DNA of 64,000 bases from Camelus dromedarius (Eukaryota): NCBI RefSeq assembly GCF_036321535.1, contig NC_087436.1:72976001-73040000 (forward strand), written 5' to 3'. The notes below the pieces were generated by a model that did no database searches, was not told the DNA's origin, and saw nothing but the letters and a program-made list of their open reading frames with translations. A program made the translations under genes and the position numbers. This document shows positions 49,794 to 62,699 of this stretch, in pieces. How positions within the stretch are numbered: the stretch's first letter is position 1; every line of letters starts with the position of its first letter.

Positions 49794-52700
49794 TCATCAG
49801 TCATGCCAGTACCATCTGATTCCAGTTTGAGTGGCACCTATCCTACCAACATCCACTCTGTTTGATGCCTGTCCAGATGTTTTGGTTGTACCTGTGGTCT
49901 AGGCATGTTGCGCCTGAGAGCAGATTCTACCTGTGATTTCACATTCAACATCTGGATCTTGGCTGCAGGCATTACCAGGTTGATGTTACTTGAGCCCATT
50001 TACTCCCAAATTGATTGGCTCGAGTATCTGGAGACAGCAAGCTTTGAGGATTTGGTATCTAATTTTACAGGTGGTTTGGTACCTAGAGTCCACTAGGCAG
50101 TTCTCCCAGAGCAGAAGTTCTTTTTTCAGTCGAAAGATCCTCATGCAATAGTAAGGACTTTACATGTGGTGCAAAGGCAAACCCCAGACAGCTGCCACTT
50201 CAGTCAAGGGATGAACCAAAGGAGTGCTTTATTTTCCTCCTGGCCAGTCCAGCACATTCATCCACATTAACAGATCCAAGTCTGCAGGGCTTTGCATAAA
50301 TTGATATGTTCAGTCTCCCCTTCACATTACTCTTGGTGTGTACTCTTGGTGGAGTAAAAATTATTCCAATTCCATGGTGGTTTGTCATTGGGTAAGTTTT
50401 GGAGCAGTGCGTTTCCACGTAAAGCCAAGTGATGAAATGTGGACAGCCAGGCAATATCAAGCCGTCTTGGCTTTTGGCCTGTGTTCTGACCTAAAATTAT
50501 CTTCACAATAGCCCCATTTCTTCACCTGGCTTTGGCTGTGGGGCAGCGTAGTCCTCTGCCTGCAGGGAGATAGACTGTGTCATGGGGAAAGCTTGTGGGG
50601 AGGGCTGACAGAGGTTGACATTGGCACATGAGCTGAGCTGATGAAAACTCAAGTTCAAAGTTGTTCTTTTTTTTTTTTTGGTTTTGGTTTTGGCTCCAAA
50701 AAAAATTTCATCAGCTAACACATTCTGACTCTCCCAACTCTTAAATAAATTCTGAAAGGACATGAAAGAAGGTCATAAAATGCAAGCAAATCCAGGTCTA
50801 CCTGTAAGGTCCTCTTGTTCTGCTGTTATTTAACTTGTGGGTTTTTTTTTTTTCCTTGGGGGATATTTTAATATAGAGAGAAGGTGAAATAGTGGCTGAA
50901 TATCAGGCAAAATGTAACCAATATTAAGCAACACACTGACAGGGTGTCAACTTTTACTGCAACTTTGGTGGTTTCTTAAGTATCCGAACCAACACTGTGG
51001 CTAAAGCAGCAGACAGAAGATCTTGATGTCTTGAAAGAGGCTGGCAAAGAAATATAAGTATTTCATTATTTCTAAAGTCTTTGCAGGGATTTTTTTTCCC
51101 CTCATTTCATTTTCCTTCTTGCAAAGCTATTTAATTTTAATGCCATCTCTTAGCCAGCTTTCAAAATAAAATTAATATACGTCTATGACTTCATTTCTTT
51201 TCAGCAGTTTATAATATTTAAGGGCAAGCCAACCATAATTTATTTATATAATTTGATCCCATTTCTGTTTCTCTGTTTTGTCTCCTAGAAAGCAGAGGAA
51301 AATAGCTCTAAATAGATCAGAAAAATTAGACATTGAACTTTACTTTCCCCCAAATGCTACAAATAAAATTAGAGCATTTGTCTCAAGAAAAATTAAGGAA
51401 AAGAACATTGCATCATTTGGAAATCAGATTACTAAAACATCAGGTCTGGATAATCAAGTTTGTACAGGTCAGGAAATAAAATGTTTGATTTGTTCTGGTT
51501 TTATGCCTCACACTGTGTTTGGGTGCTGTATTCTATGGTAAGACTTTTGTGCTTCCTGAATGATACACCATTCCAACTTCAAATGAGATTTGAAATTTGT
51601 ACATGTCATACCCTGATTACTTGTCAGTGTGCAGGCAAGAAGAAAAGGAAGGGAAAATAATACTGGCACTTAAATTAACTGAAATGGCAATTGATTGTGA
51701 AACCAGCCCCCACCCCCTGACATGGTCCTGCTGACCACAAAGAGAAAAGGCATTTCAGAATTAGTTCTCTGTTATGTTTTCTTTTGCCAATTTTGCATCC
51801 ATTTTTTTTTCTAGAACAAAAGAAGGAACTTTCCTTTTGATCATGTCCTTCTGTCTCCTCATAACTCAAAGGTAGCAAAGTACATGACGTAATTTCACTG
51901 GACAGAATTAAAACAAGCTAAAGTTGGGGAAAATGTCAAAATCGTATCTGAGAAATACAGGCAAATCTGGACAGTTTTTGGTTTCTGCTCATTCCGAGAG
52001 TCATGGTGCTTTCCCATGTTTAAGAAATGCTGTGATGAATCGAGACTGTCTCCAACTCCATGATTAATGTCTTGAGGTTTGATACTCTGTTTCATTCCAG
52101 TGTAGCTGCCCCATAGCAAAGCATTTAACCTGAAACTGGGGCTAGAGCTGGAACGTTGGTAATTTTGTAACATCTCCTGGTTCTAATGTACAGCTCAGGA
52201 GTGAAAACCAGTTTTCAAATTATGTCTTTAGAAAGAAAAGAGGAAGAGAAAGGGGAAAAAAAAAAAAAGAAATGCTGTGAAAGACGATAATAGACTATGA
52301 TGAGCTAGTTTGCCGAAGCTGTCCATGTTCAAAAATAGAACTAACCTTCCAGACAGAGAATCAGACTTGACAGCATACAGGCATGCAGTAAATCGTGTTC
52401 TGGCTGCCAGTCTCTCTTTGCAGGTGGATGTTGTCAAGGTAGCCACGGTACATGTACATAGGAAGAGTGTGAGAACGAGCACCTGACATCCTCCAGTGGT
52501 TCCGTCTCACTGTCAGGAGTGCGCAGAGGAGCCAAGCTCACAGACCCTGGTGGTCACAGTGGGGTGATCCCAGGTGCCTTCCTGGCTGCATTAGGTCGCT
52601 TAAGGAGGATTTGCAGGTATTGAGAGGGAAAGTATGAACCAAAACTCCTGTTTAACAGATAGGTTTCTGGCTGGCAGGCACCACATCAGCAGGCAGTGGC

Positions 52701-54250
52701 CACCCCGTCTCCCCCAGCGCTAGTGCACGTGTCTCACCTTCTAGACTCACACAGTGGTCCTCCAAAGCCAGCGGCAGACAGAGGGAAGGCAGGCTCCCAT
52801 TTCATCACCAGAGCTTAAATGCCCATCTTGCTTCTGGAAACAGTGTCTCAAGAGCAGTGATACATTTTCTCCACAACTTGTTTGAAGGCACAGCTCAGAG
52901 AGTGTCACCTTTCTTCATGAGGCTGGGAAAACAAAAGTAAAAGCAGTGGTGTGATGGAACCGAACACCTCCTGAGAAGGCTGTGCCTTTGTTCCTCCTCC
53001 AGCAACCTTCTCTTTTGGGCACTCCCAACACCTTGCTATCAGGTTATCAGAGAGTGGCCAGGGAGCTGCAAGATTTTCGTTTCCCTCTGTTTTTGAGATC
53101 ATTGCACGCCATGCCCTTATCTTGAGACAATCCATGGGCTGAGCTCCTAGGGTGCCTTACAGGGGCTGAGTGAGTCTGATTGCAGACTTTTTTATTATCC
53201 AAGTCATTGGCACATGCAATATCTGGTAGTAATCAGAATCAAAATCAAGGCAGTTGGCACCAGATGACCAGCCTAGCTCCAGGCTCACCCGTAATCTGGG
53301 TGTCAGAACACTCTGAGTTGAAAGAAGCATGTCCCCATATGAGGAATTAGAGGCTGTGCCTCCCTAAGCTTAACTCAGAAGTGACAGTGTGTGAACAGGA
53401 GGTACACAGTGTCTGGGGTTCCTGGGGCATCAGCCAGATGAGACATTCCAGATCATACTCTTCCAAACCTAATTTGTGCATTAATGCCAGCATGGCCAGA
53501 GAAGGCACTGAGAGGGGGCTGTCATCTTGTGTGGCCTTGTCCCTCTTCTTAAGTCAGAGAGGGTTCTGGGCCACGTGGGTCTAGAGAGTTCACATGTCAG
53601 CCCCCAGAGTGTTTAGTGACAAGCAAGGCAAGATTTAGTCGTTGGCACAGGACTTGTGAGAAATCTTAGCATGCAGGCTTGGGGGTGGAGGGAAGGGCTA
53701 GGCCTATGGAAAATAAAATTTTTCTCACCCTTCTCCCATATTCCAGTAATATCTAGTAAAACACCAAATCTCACTGCCAGAAGTGGCTCTATAATTGCTG
53801 GGCCTGTGGATTACTTACTTTATAGATTTTCCTGAGCACATTATAAATCCAGAGACGCTGTCTTCCCCCCTGACAAGCGCACACCCAGGTTGCTCTCAAC
53901 CTCTCTGCATTTGTTCAAGGCAGCCGTTCATTAATTTTGATCTTATCGGAAGCCAAATCTCGTCAGGAGCCAAATGTTCTGCAGACAGATTCAGTTCTAT
54001 TTTCCAGAGGCAGAGATGACTGTCTCGGAGTGAGAGCCCCCATAGAGTCATGGAAGCCGTCCTGAAGAAGTCTCAGGTCTAGTTTGAGTCCTGCCTCTCT
54101 CCTTCTTAGCTCAGTGACTTTGGGTAAATCACCTAGGCTCTGGGCTTTAGGTGTTTCATCCATGAGAGCAGCCATAGAGTGTAGTGGAGGGAAAAAAAAG
54201 AGCCCTAAAGACTGAATTCTGAGTGATTAGGGGCAAGCGATTTAGGACAG

Positions 54251-54385
54251 CTCATCAGTTCTAAGACACTCCTTTTTTTTCTTTACATTTACCACCTCTG
54301 AAAGTGGGATGCCTCACAACTGACGGCCTATCTTAGTTTTTCGGCAGCATTTCTCCACTCTGAGTGTGCATTAAATAACTGCACA
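54251..54385. mobile_element. MER104/Kanga-like TcMar-Tc2 fragment
   Basis: CTCATCAGTTCTAAGACAC...TTTACATTTACCACCTCTGAAAGTGGGATGCCTCACAACTGA. Confidence 0.55.
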
Positions 54386-55580
54386 TCTGATAATCACTAC
54401 CTTTGAGGTCAGGTTTCTGGGCTGGGTTTGCTCTTCTGAAAATGAAGCGATTGGGTGGGGCGAGCTCTGAGGCTCTGAGTTCTGCTTTGCTCTACTGAAT
54501 TGTCCATTCCGTGGCTTCCTCTGCTTATTGGGTTAATGAGGACCTGGCCTAACTTTTGAATGACCTATCCCACCTTTTCCCAGCCTGTTCTAGACTCTTC
54601 TTTCCAGGAGAAAGCCCCAAAGGTTTCTGAGGCATCCAAAGTGGAGGAACACAGTCTTCCTGCAGCATGGATTAGCAGGATGGTGCCAGTCTCTACCAGG
54701 CCACAGGATGGCCAAGGACATAGGATTTAATGTCAGAGATGCTTCTTTATTCACAGACTGCTCCTCAGGGTGACCAGCAGGGGAGGCCTGGATGGGGTTG
54801 TGCAGGGGTGAGCTGGGGCACTGATAACATTCATGTCCCTGCCTCTGAGTAGGGCACAGGGGGCAGGGGTGTGGGGGGATCAGGGACCATCCTGAGTCAT
54901 TCCCAGAGGAGCAGAGTTGTCTGTAGAACCCCCACTCACACTTCAAGGACCTGCAGAGATGGAGGGAGGACGGACTGAAGGCAGTACCATGCGGCCCTGG
55001 AACCGCTCCATCCTCTGCAAGATCTTGTTCCACTATTAGGCATCCCTGCTTTTTGTCCTAAATATTGAGTTGGTTTTGTTTTGTTTTTTACAACATAAAC
55101 AAAAACAAAAATTAAAGTGCATGATGACCTTTCCCCTTCAAACATATTTTCTTACCTACTTTTGAAACCCCTGTGTGTGTGTCTCTCAGAATGCTCCATT
55201 TAGCCCAATTAGTATCGAGTTGCCTGTATGTGTCTGTTTCAGAACAGTAAGATAACTTCAGAAAGAAGTACAAATCTCACTTAAAATCTTTCTGAAATCT
55301 TTGCGTTGGTAAACATCCAGAGCTGAATCTGAATGTTCTCAACATGTTTTTAGGGCAGCTTTTCAGTCACATCAGGTGAGCTCTGACATTCTGCTGTAAA
55401 TAGCTTCTTGAATCAAGAGTTATATTTAGGGAACCTGTCTTTTACTTGCACGCCCTTGGGGAAACTGTTTTGGTAAATACACAAAGTAGTACTCTATGAG
55501 TTCTTGTTCTGATTGCAGAGACCCTAAGAAAGTAACACAGATCAATTTGAGCCATTTTATTTTCAATGTGATGTCATCTT

Positions 55581-55825
55581 TTTTTTTAAATGAAGTATAG
55601 TTGATTTACAATGTTGTGTTAATTTCTGATGTGCAGCATAGAAAACAAACTTATGATTATCAAAGGGGAGGGGGAGAGATAAATTCAGAATTTGGGATTA
55701 GCAGATACAAACTACCGTATAGAAAATAGATAAACAACAAGCTCCTACTGTATAGCAGAGGGAACTGTATTCAATACCTTGTAATAACCTATAATGGAAA
55801 AGAATACATCAATATGCATAACTGA
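55581..55825 (-). mobile_element. Short L1 insertion with 5' inversion, flanked by a perfect 12-bp TSD
   Basis: TGATGTCATCTT at 55569-55580 and 55826-55837. A T-tract and minus-strand L1 3' end run to 55641, then plus-strand L1 3'UTR runs to 55825. Confidence 0.93.
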
Positions 55826-55974
55826 TGATGTCATCTTGTTGATGTCCCAGGTTTCCAGGCAGTGACATGAAGTGCACATTTACAGTTCTGGCATAAGAGG
55901 GTTGAGGACATCTGGAAGCTGGGGCAGGGCAATGGAGAAGACATGGGCTTTGATTTCAAGCAGGTGGCAGTTGA

Positions 55975-56125
55975 AAACATCAGCTCTGCCCCTTATCTGC
56001 TCTGTGACCTTTATTTCTCTGAGCCTCATTTTCCTCACTTGTAAACAAGGAGACAATAACACCCTGCAGGGTTATTCTGGACATTAACACACAAAGGTAC
56101 CTACTACCATCCCCACCACACGGTA
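55975..56125 (+). mobile_element. MIR SINE
   Basis: CAGCTCTGCCCCTTATCTGCTCTGTGACCTT...CTCTGAGCCTCATTTTCCTCACTTGTAAA. Confidence 0.75.
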
Positions 56126-56927
56126 GTATTTAAATTTACCCCTTCTTCCCCACTTCCCCATTGCTTTTCAAAGGCTTGTTTATGACTGTGTTGGCTTGGA
56201 TTTTGATTTTGATTTTTGTTTTTCAGTCAGCAAAGTATAAAATTCAGGGTGTTTTCTCAGTGGTACACATTGCAGGTAGCATAAACTTGAAAGAGAAAAA
56301 TTAGCAAAACCTGCCACTGAGGCGATGCTGGAAAAATATATGTGGATGAAAGTAACATTTTTTCCCAATAACTATGAACAGAGTTTTAAAGAGTTTAAAA
56401 GAGTTAATGATCCCAGCATATAAAATACTTCTGTTTCCCCCCAAAGACCTCATCACCCTGAAAACAACCAAGGCACTTCTCCAGTGTTAAATCACCATCC
56501 CAGGAGAGAGCTGGGGACATGGTCTCTTCTGGAGGCCCCTGGGGAGTCGGCTCTGCTCATCTGCATCTGAGTCCTGGAAGGGAGCACAAGCTGAAGATCA
56601 AATCCCGCCCTGAAGGCCTGGATAGCCTCAGATTCTCCGCCTGGACCCTTACAGCGTCACAAGCCTCTAGCTGGCCGTTAAGTTAGATATACATTTTCCA
56701 GGTGTAGGAAACCCGTACTGTCCACACTCTGACGGTTCTTTTCCTCCCTAACACAAGTTCCCAAGGTGTTGGCCAAGGGAACCCAGGCCACCCCCCTCAG
56801 GTTTCAGGACACTGGAACCCCAGCTCCCTCCTGACATAGCAAAGACACGCTGCGGGGATGGGCTACTGCGAAATGCTGAGTCACACCAAGAAGTCCTGTC
56901 CAGAGTTTTAGACTTCCATATTTCTTT

Positions 56928-57187
56928 AAGAGGAAGTTGCTATTTTTTTTTAATTTATTTGTCTGAATTTTCTAATTTTCTACAATATACATGTATTGCA
57001 ACTGTAATAATGCAAAGCTCATTTATAAAAAAAAAAAAGGACGACTATACCCAAGCCATCATGGGAGGATTCATTACACAGAGGCTGGTGTGCAATGCGT
57101 TTGCCTCTCCTAACCAGATTAATCGAATTAATACAGTGAATGGCATCAAAGGTGACTTGATATCAGTATTTTACAGACTTTCCCGGT
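56928..57187 (+). repeat. Left arm of about 260-bp inverted duplication
   Basis: Reverse complement of 58299-58556 at about 80% identity. Perfect runs include GAATTTTCTAATTTTCTACAAT (22 nt) and TGCCTCTCCTAACCAGATTAA (21 nt). Confidence 0.95.
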
Positions 57188-58298
57188 CTTTCATTTTTTC
57201 ATTTTTAATGGCATGCATTTTAGCAATGACAACATTCTTACAAAGTGTAGTTTTAATAAAGATACTTTAACTAACAGCTCTTACATGTGCAGATGTATGA
57301 ATCATCTGCATAAAGGAGCCAATAAAGGAGACAACATCATACAGAGAAATACAGTTAAGTTGAAGCTTGAAAGAAATCACAGGAAAAGCATCTGGCTACT
57401 GCTGTAACTTCTTGTGAGCTGACAGTGAGTGAACTCTGCAGTGGCCGCCCCTAAGACAGGTGACAACAGAAGACATTCACACAGGATGAATTGGTTTCCA
57501 GAGGAGTTCTTCCATGATGGTTCTGCTCATTCAAGTTCAGGAGAGGTGGAGACAGATCAGTCTTTTATTGGCCATGCTAGCCTGCTAGCATATTTGCATT
57601 TTTCGTTCTGGTCAATTAGCATAGAATGTGGAAGTGGTTGCAGCCATGGTAGAGAAAGATGAATGTGGAGGCAAATGTCATTGTGATCTCTTAAAATCTG
57701 AGGGGATAACTTTGAGGGGCAGCACTGGACGCTGGAGGCACCCCGCTCCACTGTGTCAGTAAGACTGTGTCCAGCACTTCCTTACTCTGAAAGCTGAAGC
57801 TGTCATCACATGTCCCTGATGAGATGGTTTGCCCATTTCTCCTTCCCTACTCCAGCCTTTAAATGTCAATGCAGTCTCTGAAAACTAGGACAGGTAGGAT
57901 CATGGCATCCAATTCTTGATCGATTGCAGCCTCTATTAGATGCTTTAAATTTCTACGTCATTGTTTTCAAAAGCATCTTTAGCCTAGCTTTAGCGTTAAA
58001 TGAGCTCTAATTGAACATAAGCAGACAATGTAGTTAATGAGAGTTTTAGATTTCCCAATCATGCTAGATTGTGATTTTGGTTTTGTTTCTGGAAAGCAAA
58101 GCAAAACAAAACAAAACAAAACAAAAACATGGGACATAAATCTCCAACCAGCAGTGCTTCAGTGATCTCTGTTTCCTTGATCCACTTTGTGAACTTTGGG
58201 GTAACTGAAAGACAGAAGTGTGTCTGTGAATGCAAGGGAAAGAATTTCCCTTACTAAGTTTGGAAATTTCCCAGACATTTTACAGACATCTACATACA

Positions 58299-58556
58299 AC
58301 CAGAGAAGTTTGTAAAACACTGGTATTGAGTCACTTTTGACTCCATGCATTGTATTAATTAGGTTAATCTGGTTAGGAGAGGCAGGCAAATTGTACACCT
58401 ACCTCTGTGTAATGAACCCTTCCACAATGGCCAGGGTATAGTTTTCTATTTTTTCATTTTAATGAGTTTTGCATTATGACAGTTGCAATATATATGCATT
58501 GTAGAAAATTAGAAAATTCTGACAAGCAAACTTAAACAAAAAAAGCACCTCCTCTT
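58299..58556 (-). repeat. Right arm of about 260-bp inverted duplication (outer part is an old L1ME-like 3' end extending to about 58610)
   Basis: The ORF track independently shows paralogous translations on opposite strands (ASPNQINRINTVNGIKGDLISVFYRL vs ASPNQINLINTMHGVKSDSIPVFYKL). Confidence 0.95.
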
Positions 58557-60474
58557 CTAACCATCCAGAGACCACCACTGTTCAACCTTAGTGCATGGGT
58601 GTATTTTTCAAATAAAGTTGCTGATGCTTGGATAAGGCTTGAAACATGGCCACCACTGGTGAATGTGCACTTACTCCAGAGGCAATGGCTTTTCATTTCC
58701 AAGACAACATTCAGAAACACTTCTTTCAGGAACATTTTCTGAGACGTTTAGTCAAGCTTTCAAAGAAAAAATTTTAAAGCAAATCCCCAGTGATATGCCT
58801 GAATTAAGTTGCCATTATTCCAAGACACGTACACTTTTTCATTCTAATTCTTTCTGTACAGGAAATCACTACCACCCCTTGAGTCAATCAGCCCACTATT
58901 CAGAGGATTCTGGTCTCTGACCCCATAAAATAGGCTTGTTAGCCTCATGCATCTTTCCTTACTTTTCCATTAACACTTGAACAGAAAAAAAAAAATCAGA
59001 TTTCCACTGCCCTACCTCATCAAAATCATAAAAAAAAAAAAATTGTTCCAGGTGTCAGATACTGTTGTGTATCTACAATGATAACTCAGAATCTTACACT
59101 CAGTCAGAGGGAGAACCAGAGGAGCCAGCTACAGTTCAGGACCAGGAAAGCTTAATCTGGAGTATTGATCTCCTCCACCTTTCACACATGATGAGATTCG
59201 TGGGAGACTGTGGCTTTTGTCACTGAATATGGTCTAGGGATGAATTTCAGAATATTAAAATCTCTCTCCTTTTATGGAGGCAGTTTTTGAAATGTTAACT
59301 CCTAACTATTTTTTAAGGGAAATCTTTCTGAAATGTATATTTTCCTGACTCAAAAAACAAAACAGACTGTGCGTTATTCTTGCATCTCTAGGTGACTCGA
59401 TGTTGTTATCACAGAACTTCAGTGATGTAGTGATGCTGTGGGATGCTGGTGTGGTCCAGCCATTAGATGCCAGTAGGAGTTTATCCTCCCATCCTGAAAC
59501 CTGGCTCTGCAGGCACCATGATTGGCCTTGACCTATGTTACCTCGTCAGTGTCCCTACCCTCCTGTGCAACTTCTGCAGCCCACAGCCCCTTCTTTTTGG
59601 TTTCCTGGCCCTCCTCCCCTCTCATTATTTCCATCTTCCACTACTTTTCCTCCTCTCTTCAATTTTTTTTTTAGATTTGGAATCTAAAATTTTGCCTTTT
59701 TAACCAGAATCAGTGCCTAGAAATTTGTGGACAGGCTGAACCATTAGTTCCCTTTGGCCACCCTTTCCCCCTTAACTTTTCACCTTCCAGTTCACCAGTC
59801 CTCTAGGGCCTGTCTCATTGCCTTTATTCTTGATGTCACTGATGGCTTCCTTGCTATTTTTGTTCATCCTTCTCCTCAGAGGCTGTCTGGACCATTAAGA
59901 GTTAACCAGTTACTGTGACTTATTTTCATCACCTGTCCTGTTGGAGAAACCATACCGCAGTCACCTAGGATCAGTGAAGGGATCTGTGAGCCTCTCCGGG
60001 TGCCTTGCCTCTTACACTCTAGCTGAAAGTAGTGCTCTGAACATGTAAAACCTCCGTGTACTATGCACCAAAGCTGTACTTTGTGAAACAATAGCTTAAT
60101 GACTTGTGGCGGGGCTTGACAACCTTTGGCATGCCTTGGTACACATGGAAAATGATAACATTTGCACAGCACTTTAGGGTAAATAAAGGACAGTGCACAG
60201 GGCCAGCTGCTCAGATGCCCTGAAGGTTGAGGGGTTCAATGTCTGTATACATACCTGTAGCTTTTTCTAGGCACCACAGTGGGAAGCCTGACATAAGGAA
60301 CTGTCCTGTTCCCAGGGGAATGGGAATGGAAAGAACTAGTAACTGTGTGTTATATGTGTACCAGAAAGTTCTCCGCACTATCTAGGAACATTATTTTGAG
60401 TCCTAACAGGATTGCCTTAAGTTTAGAGATTAACAAACAGAAAGCATTTAGTGTGAGAATAGATAACATTTCTT

Positions 60475-60630
60475 TTTTTAAAAAATTTTTTATTGAAGTG
60501 TAGTTGATTTACAATGTTAGTTTCAGGTATACACAAAGTGATTCAGTTATATATATACATACATACATATTTTTTCTTTTCAGGTTATTTTCCATTATAT
60601 GTTATTACAAGAAACTGAATATAGTTCCCT
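60475..60630 (-). mobile_element. Short L1 3' end with TSD
   Basis: T-rich tail plus TTGAAGTGTAGTTGATTTACAATGTT...TGAATATAGTTCCCT. TSD TAGATAACATTTCTT (60460-60474) vs TAGCTAACATTTCTT (60631-60645). Confidence 0.92.
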
Positions 60631-60724
60631 TAGCTAACATTTCTTGAATTTTCACTAATTGAGAACATGCTGTTTTAAGTGATTTCTGTGGATATCAAGG
60701 AAGAACCCCAGCCTCATGCGAGTG

Positions 60725-60910
60725 AGATCATATCCTGCCTTCAGCGTGTTTTTTTCTCAACCTGTGAATTTAAAGTGGTTTTTACATCTTTAAAAGGTTG
60801 TTAAAGAATGAAGTACACAGAGAAAAATACACAGTAGAGAAGATCTATGGCCCCAAAGCCTAAAATGTGTACTATCTTGTCCCTACAGCAAAAATTTGCT
60901 AACTTTTGTC
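60725..60910. mobile_element. MER58-like hAT MITE fragment
   Basis: TGGTTTTTACATCTTTAAAAGGTTGT...TATGGCCCCAAAGCCTAAAATGTGTACTATCT...AAAATTTGCTAAC. Confidence 0.65.
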
Positions 60911-61384
60911 AGACAGGATGGCAAGAGGTAACAGGACTCCAAAAAAGATCCAAAAGACATGAGTCAGTTGCTGAAAACTCCACAGTTGCTGAAAGAAGAC
61001 AATTAGACTCAATAGTTAAAAGCAAGACAATTTCAATTTCCAGCACAGCAAACAGCAGGAGCATCACTTGGCAGTGTCAGATCCTCTGCCCCTAAATTCT
61101 GCATGACACAGTGGGTCCAGATGGCCCCAATGCAGGCAGTTGTGCTACAGCTGAGGAATTTGGGACCCAGAGCTCAGCATCTTTCTAGCAGTGAACAAGC
61201 CAGGGAGCCAGTGGCCAGAGGGTAGTCACTCTGTGTCACTTTGACCCACTTAATTGGCTACATGACTTGTTACACAAATGGCTCAGTGTCAGAGGGCCAT
61301 GAGGGCTTGCCACTTGGCACACTCTGCAAAGAAGTGTGCAGATGTTTGGGCCCTGGGCTGGCTGCTTTCCCAACGATAGATTGT

Positions 61385-61590
61385 CCCTATCATCCTCACC
61401 GCAATCCTGTGAAGTAGACACCATTCTTATCCCATTTTACAGATGAAGAAACTGAGGCTCAGAGGAAGAAAAGTAACAAACTAACCTCCCCAAGATCAAA
61501 AGTGACTTGCCTATAGGTTGCAGAGCTTGTAGATAGTGAGCAGTGATTGAACCCAGATCTGTCTGAATGCAGGGTCTAAATGATGTACAA
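61385..61590 (-). mobile_element. MIR SINE
   Basis: ATCCTCACCGCAATCCTGTGAAGTAG...ATCCCATTTTACAGATGAAGAAACTGAGGCTCAGAG...TTGAACCCAGATCTGTCTGA. Confidence 0.85.
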
Positions 61591-62699
61591 TCGCTTTATT
61601 CATTCGGCAGGAAGACAAGAACCACAAAAACTGGCCTGAAATTACATACCTGATAAAATAATTTATTGTCTTGCCTTCTTTAATAACAGTAACGCTGAAA
61701 GATGGCATTTTGGTAATGTATGGAGCTTGCCATGCACAACCCATTTGAAGATTTACGTGTGTCTAGATGCCAGCAAAAGTTTGCCAGAAACTTTCCTGGT
61801 CAAAAAAAAAAAAAAAAAGGATTTGGCTAAGTTTTACCTTTCCCAGTTGTTTTGAATGGTTCCTTTGCAGTATGGATGGCAGAACACAGATTTAACTACT
61901 CTTCTCTAGCTAATGTTCAAACTGCCTAATTACACTAAAAGCATTCATTGCAGAGATTATAAACAGCAGCTCACAATAAAATATTCCCTCATAATTTCAC
62001 CAGGCCCATCAATTAAATGAAGTCCCAGACATCTCCCAAACCTTCTTTGCATTATCTTCCCTACATTTCCCCAAGCAAGTAATTGATTTTTATGCACAGT
62101 GCAGAAGCAGGTGCAAAGACGTGCCGTGCATGCGTGCCTGTGTGTGGAAAATGAACACAAACAGCAGAGGAGGCTGCTGGAAATATATACACGAACTTCA
62201 ATGACAAGGCTAGGACTGAGAATGAATGGAAATGGAGGGGGCAGGGCTGCTATATATGACTTTGGCATTGCAGCTAACTGAAACCTCTGAAATTATTTAA
62301 GCAAAGGGAGAGAATTGAATGGAAGGAATTAGTCTTCCTTATATCCAAAAGCAGACCATATAGACAAGTTCTCAGGAAAGACCAGTAAATCTCTTCGTAA
62401 GGAATCCAGCTGGCTCTGCTCTCCAGAGTCTCAGGGTTCCTCATCCCACTCTGCTGTTTCCTGGCAGGAGAATGTCGCACTAACCAGCTGGGCTCTGGGG
62501 TCAGACAACTGGGTTCACATCCCTGCTTGGCCACTTCAATTACTGTATCTTTGCCTCAATTCCCTTGACTGCAAATGCTTGAATTTACTTGAGTTCTGTC
62601 AGATTTAAATGAGATCATACCTGATATATACTAAATGCTCAATATTATTTGTATTTGTCTTTCATATTTGCTTCATTCTTTTTCTTTTTAAGAACTCAC

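Noticed and set aside
54590..55033. 147-aa minus-strand ORF
   Set aside because: Non-ATG start in a GC-rich patch, with no homology recognised.
56959..58398. Apparent pair of paralogous small proteins (103 aa + strand, 79 aa - strand)
   Set aside because: The similarity is a by-product of the inverted duplication. Starts are non-ATG and the ORF ends are not shared.
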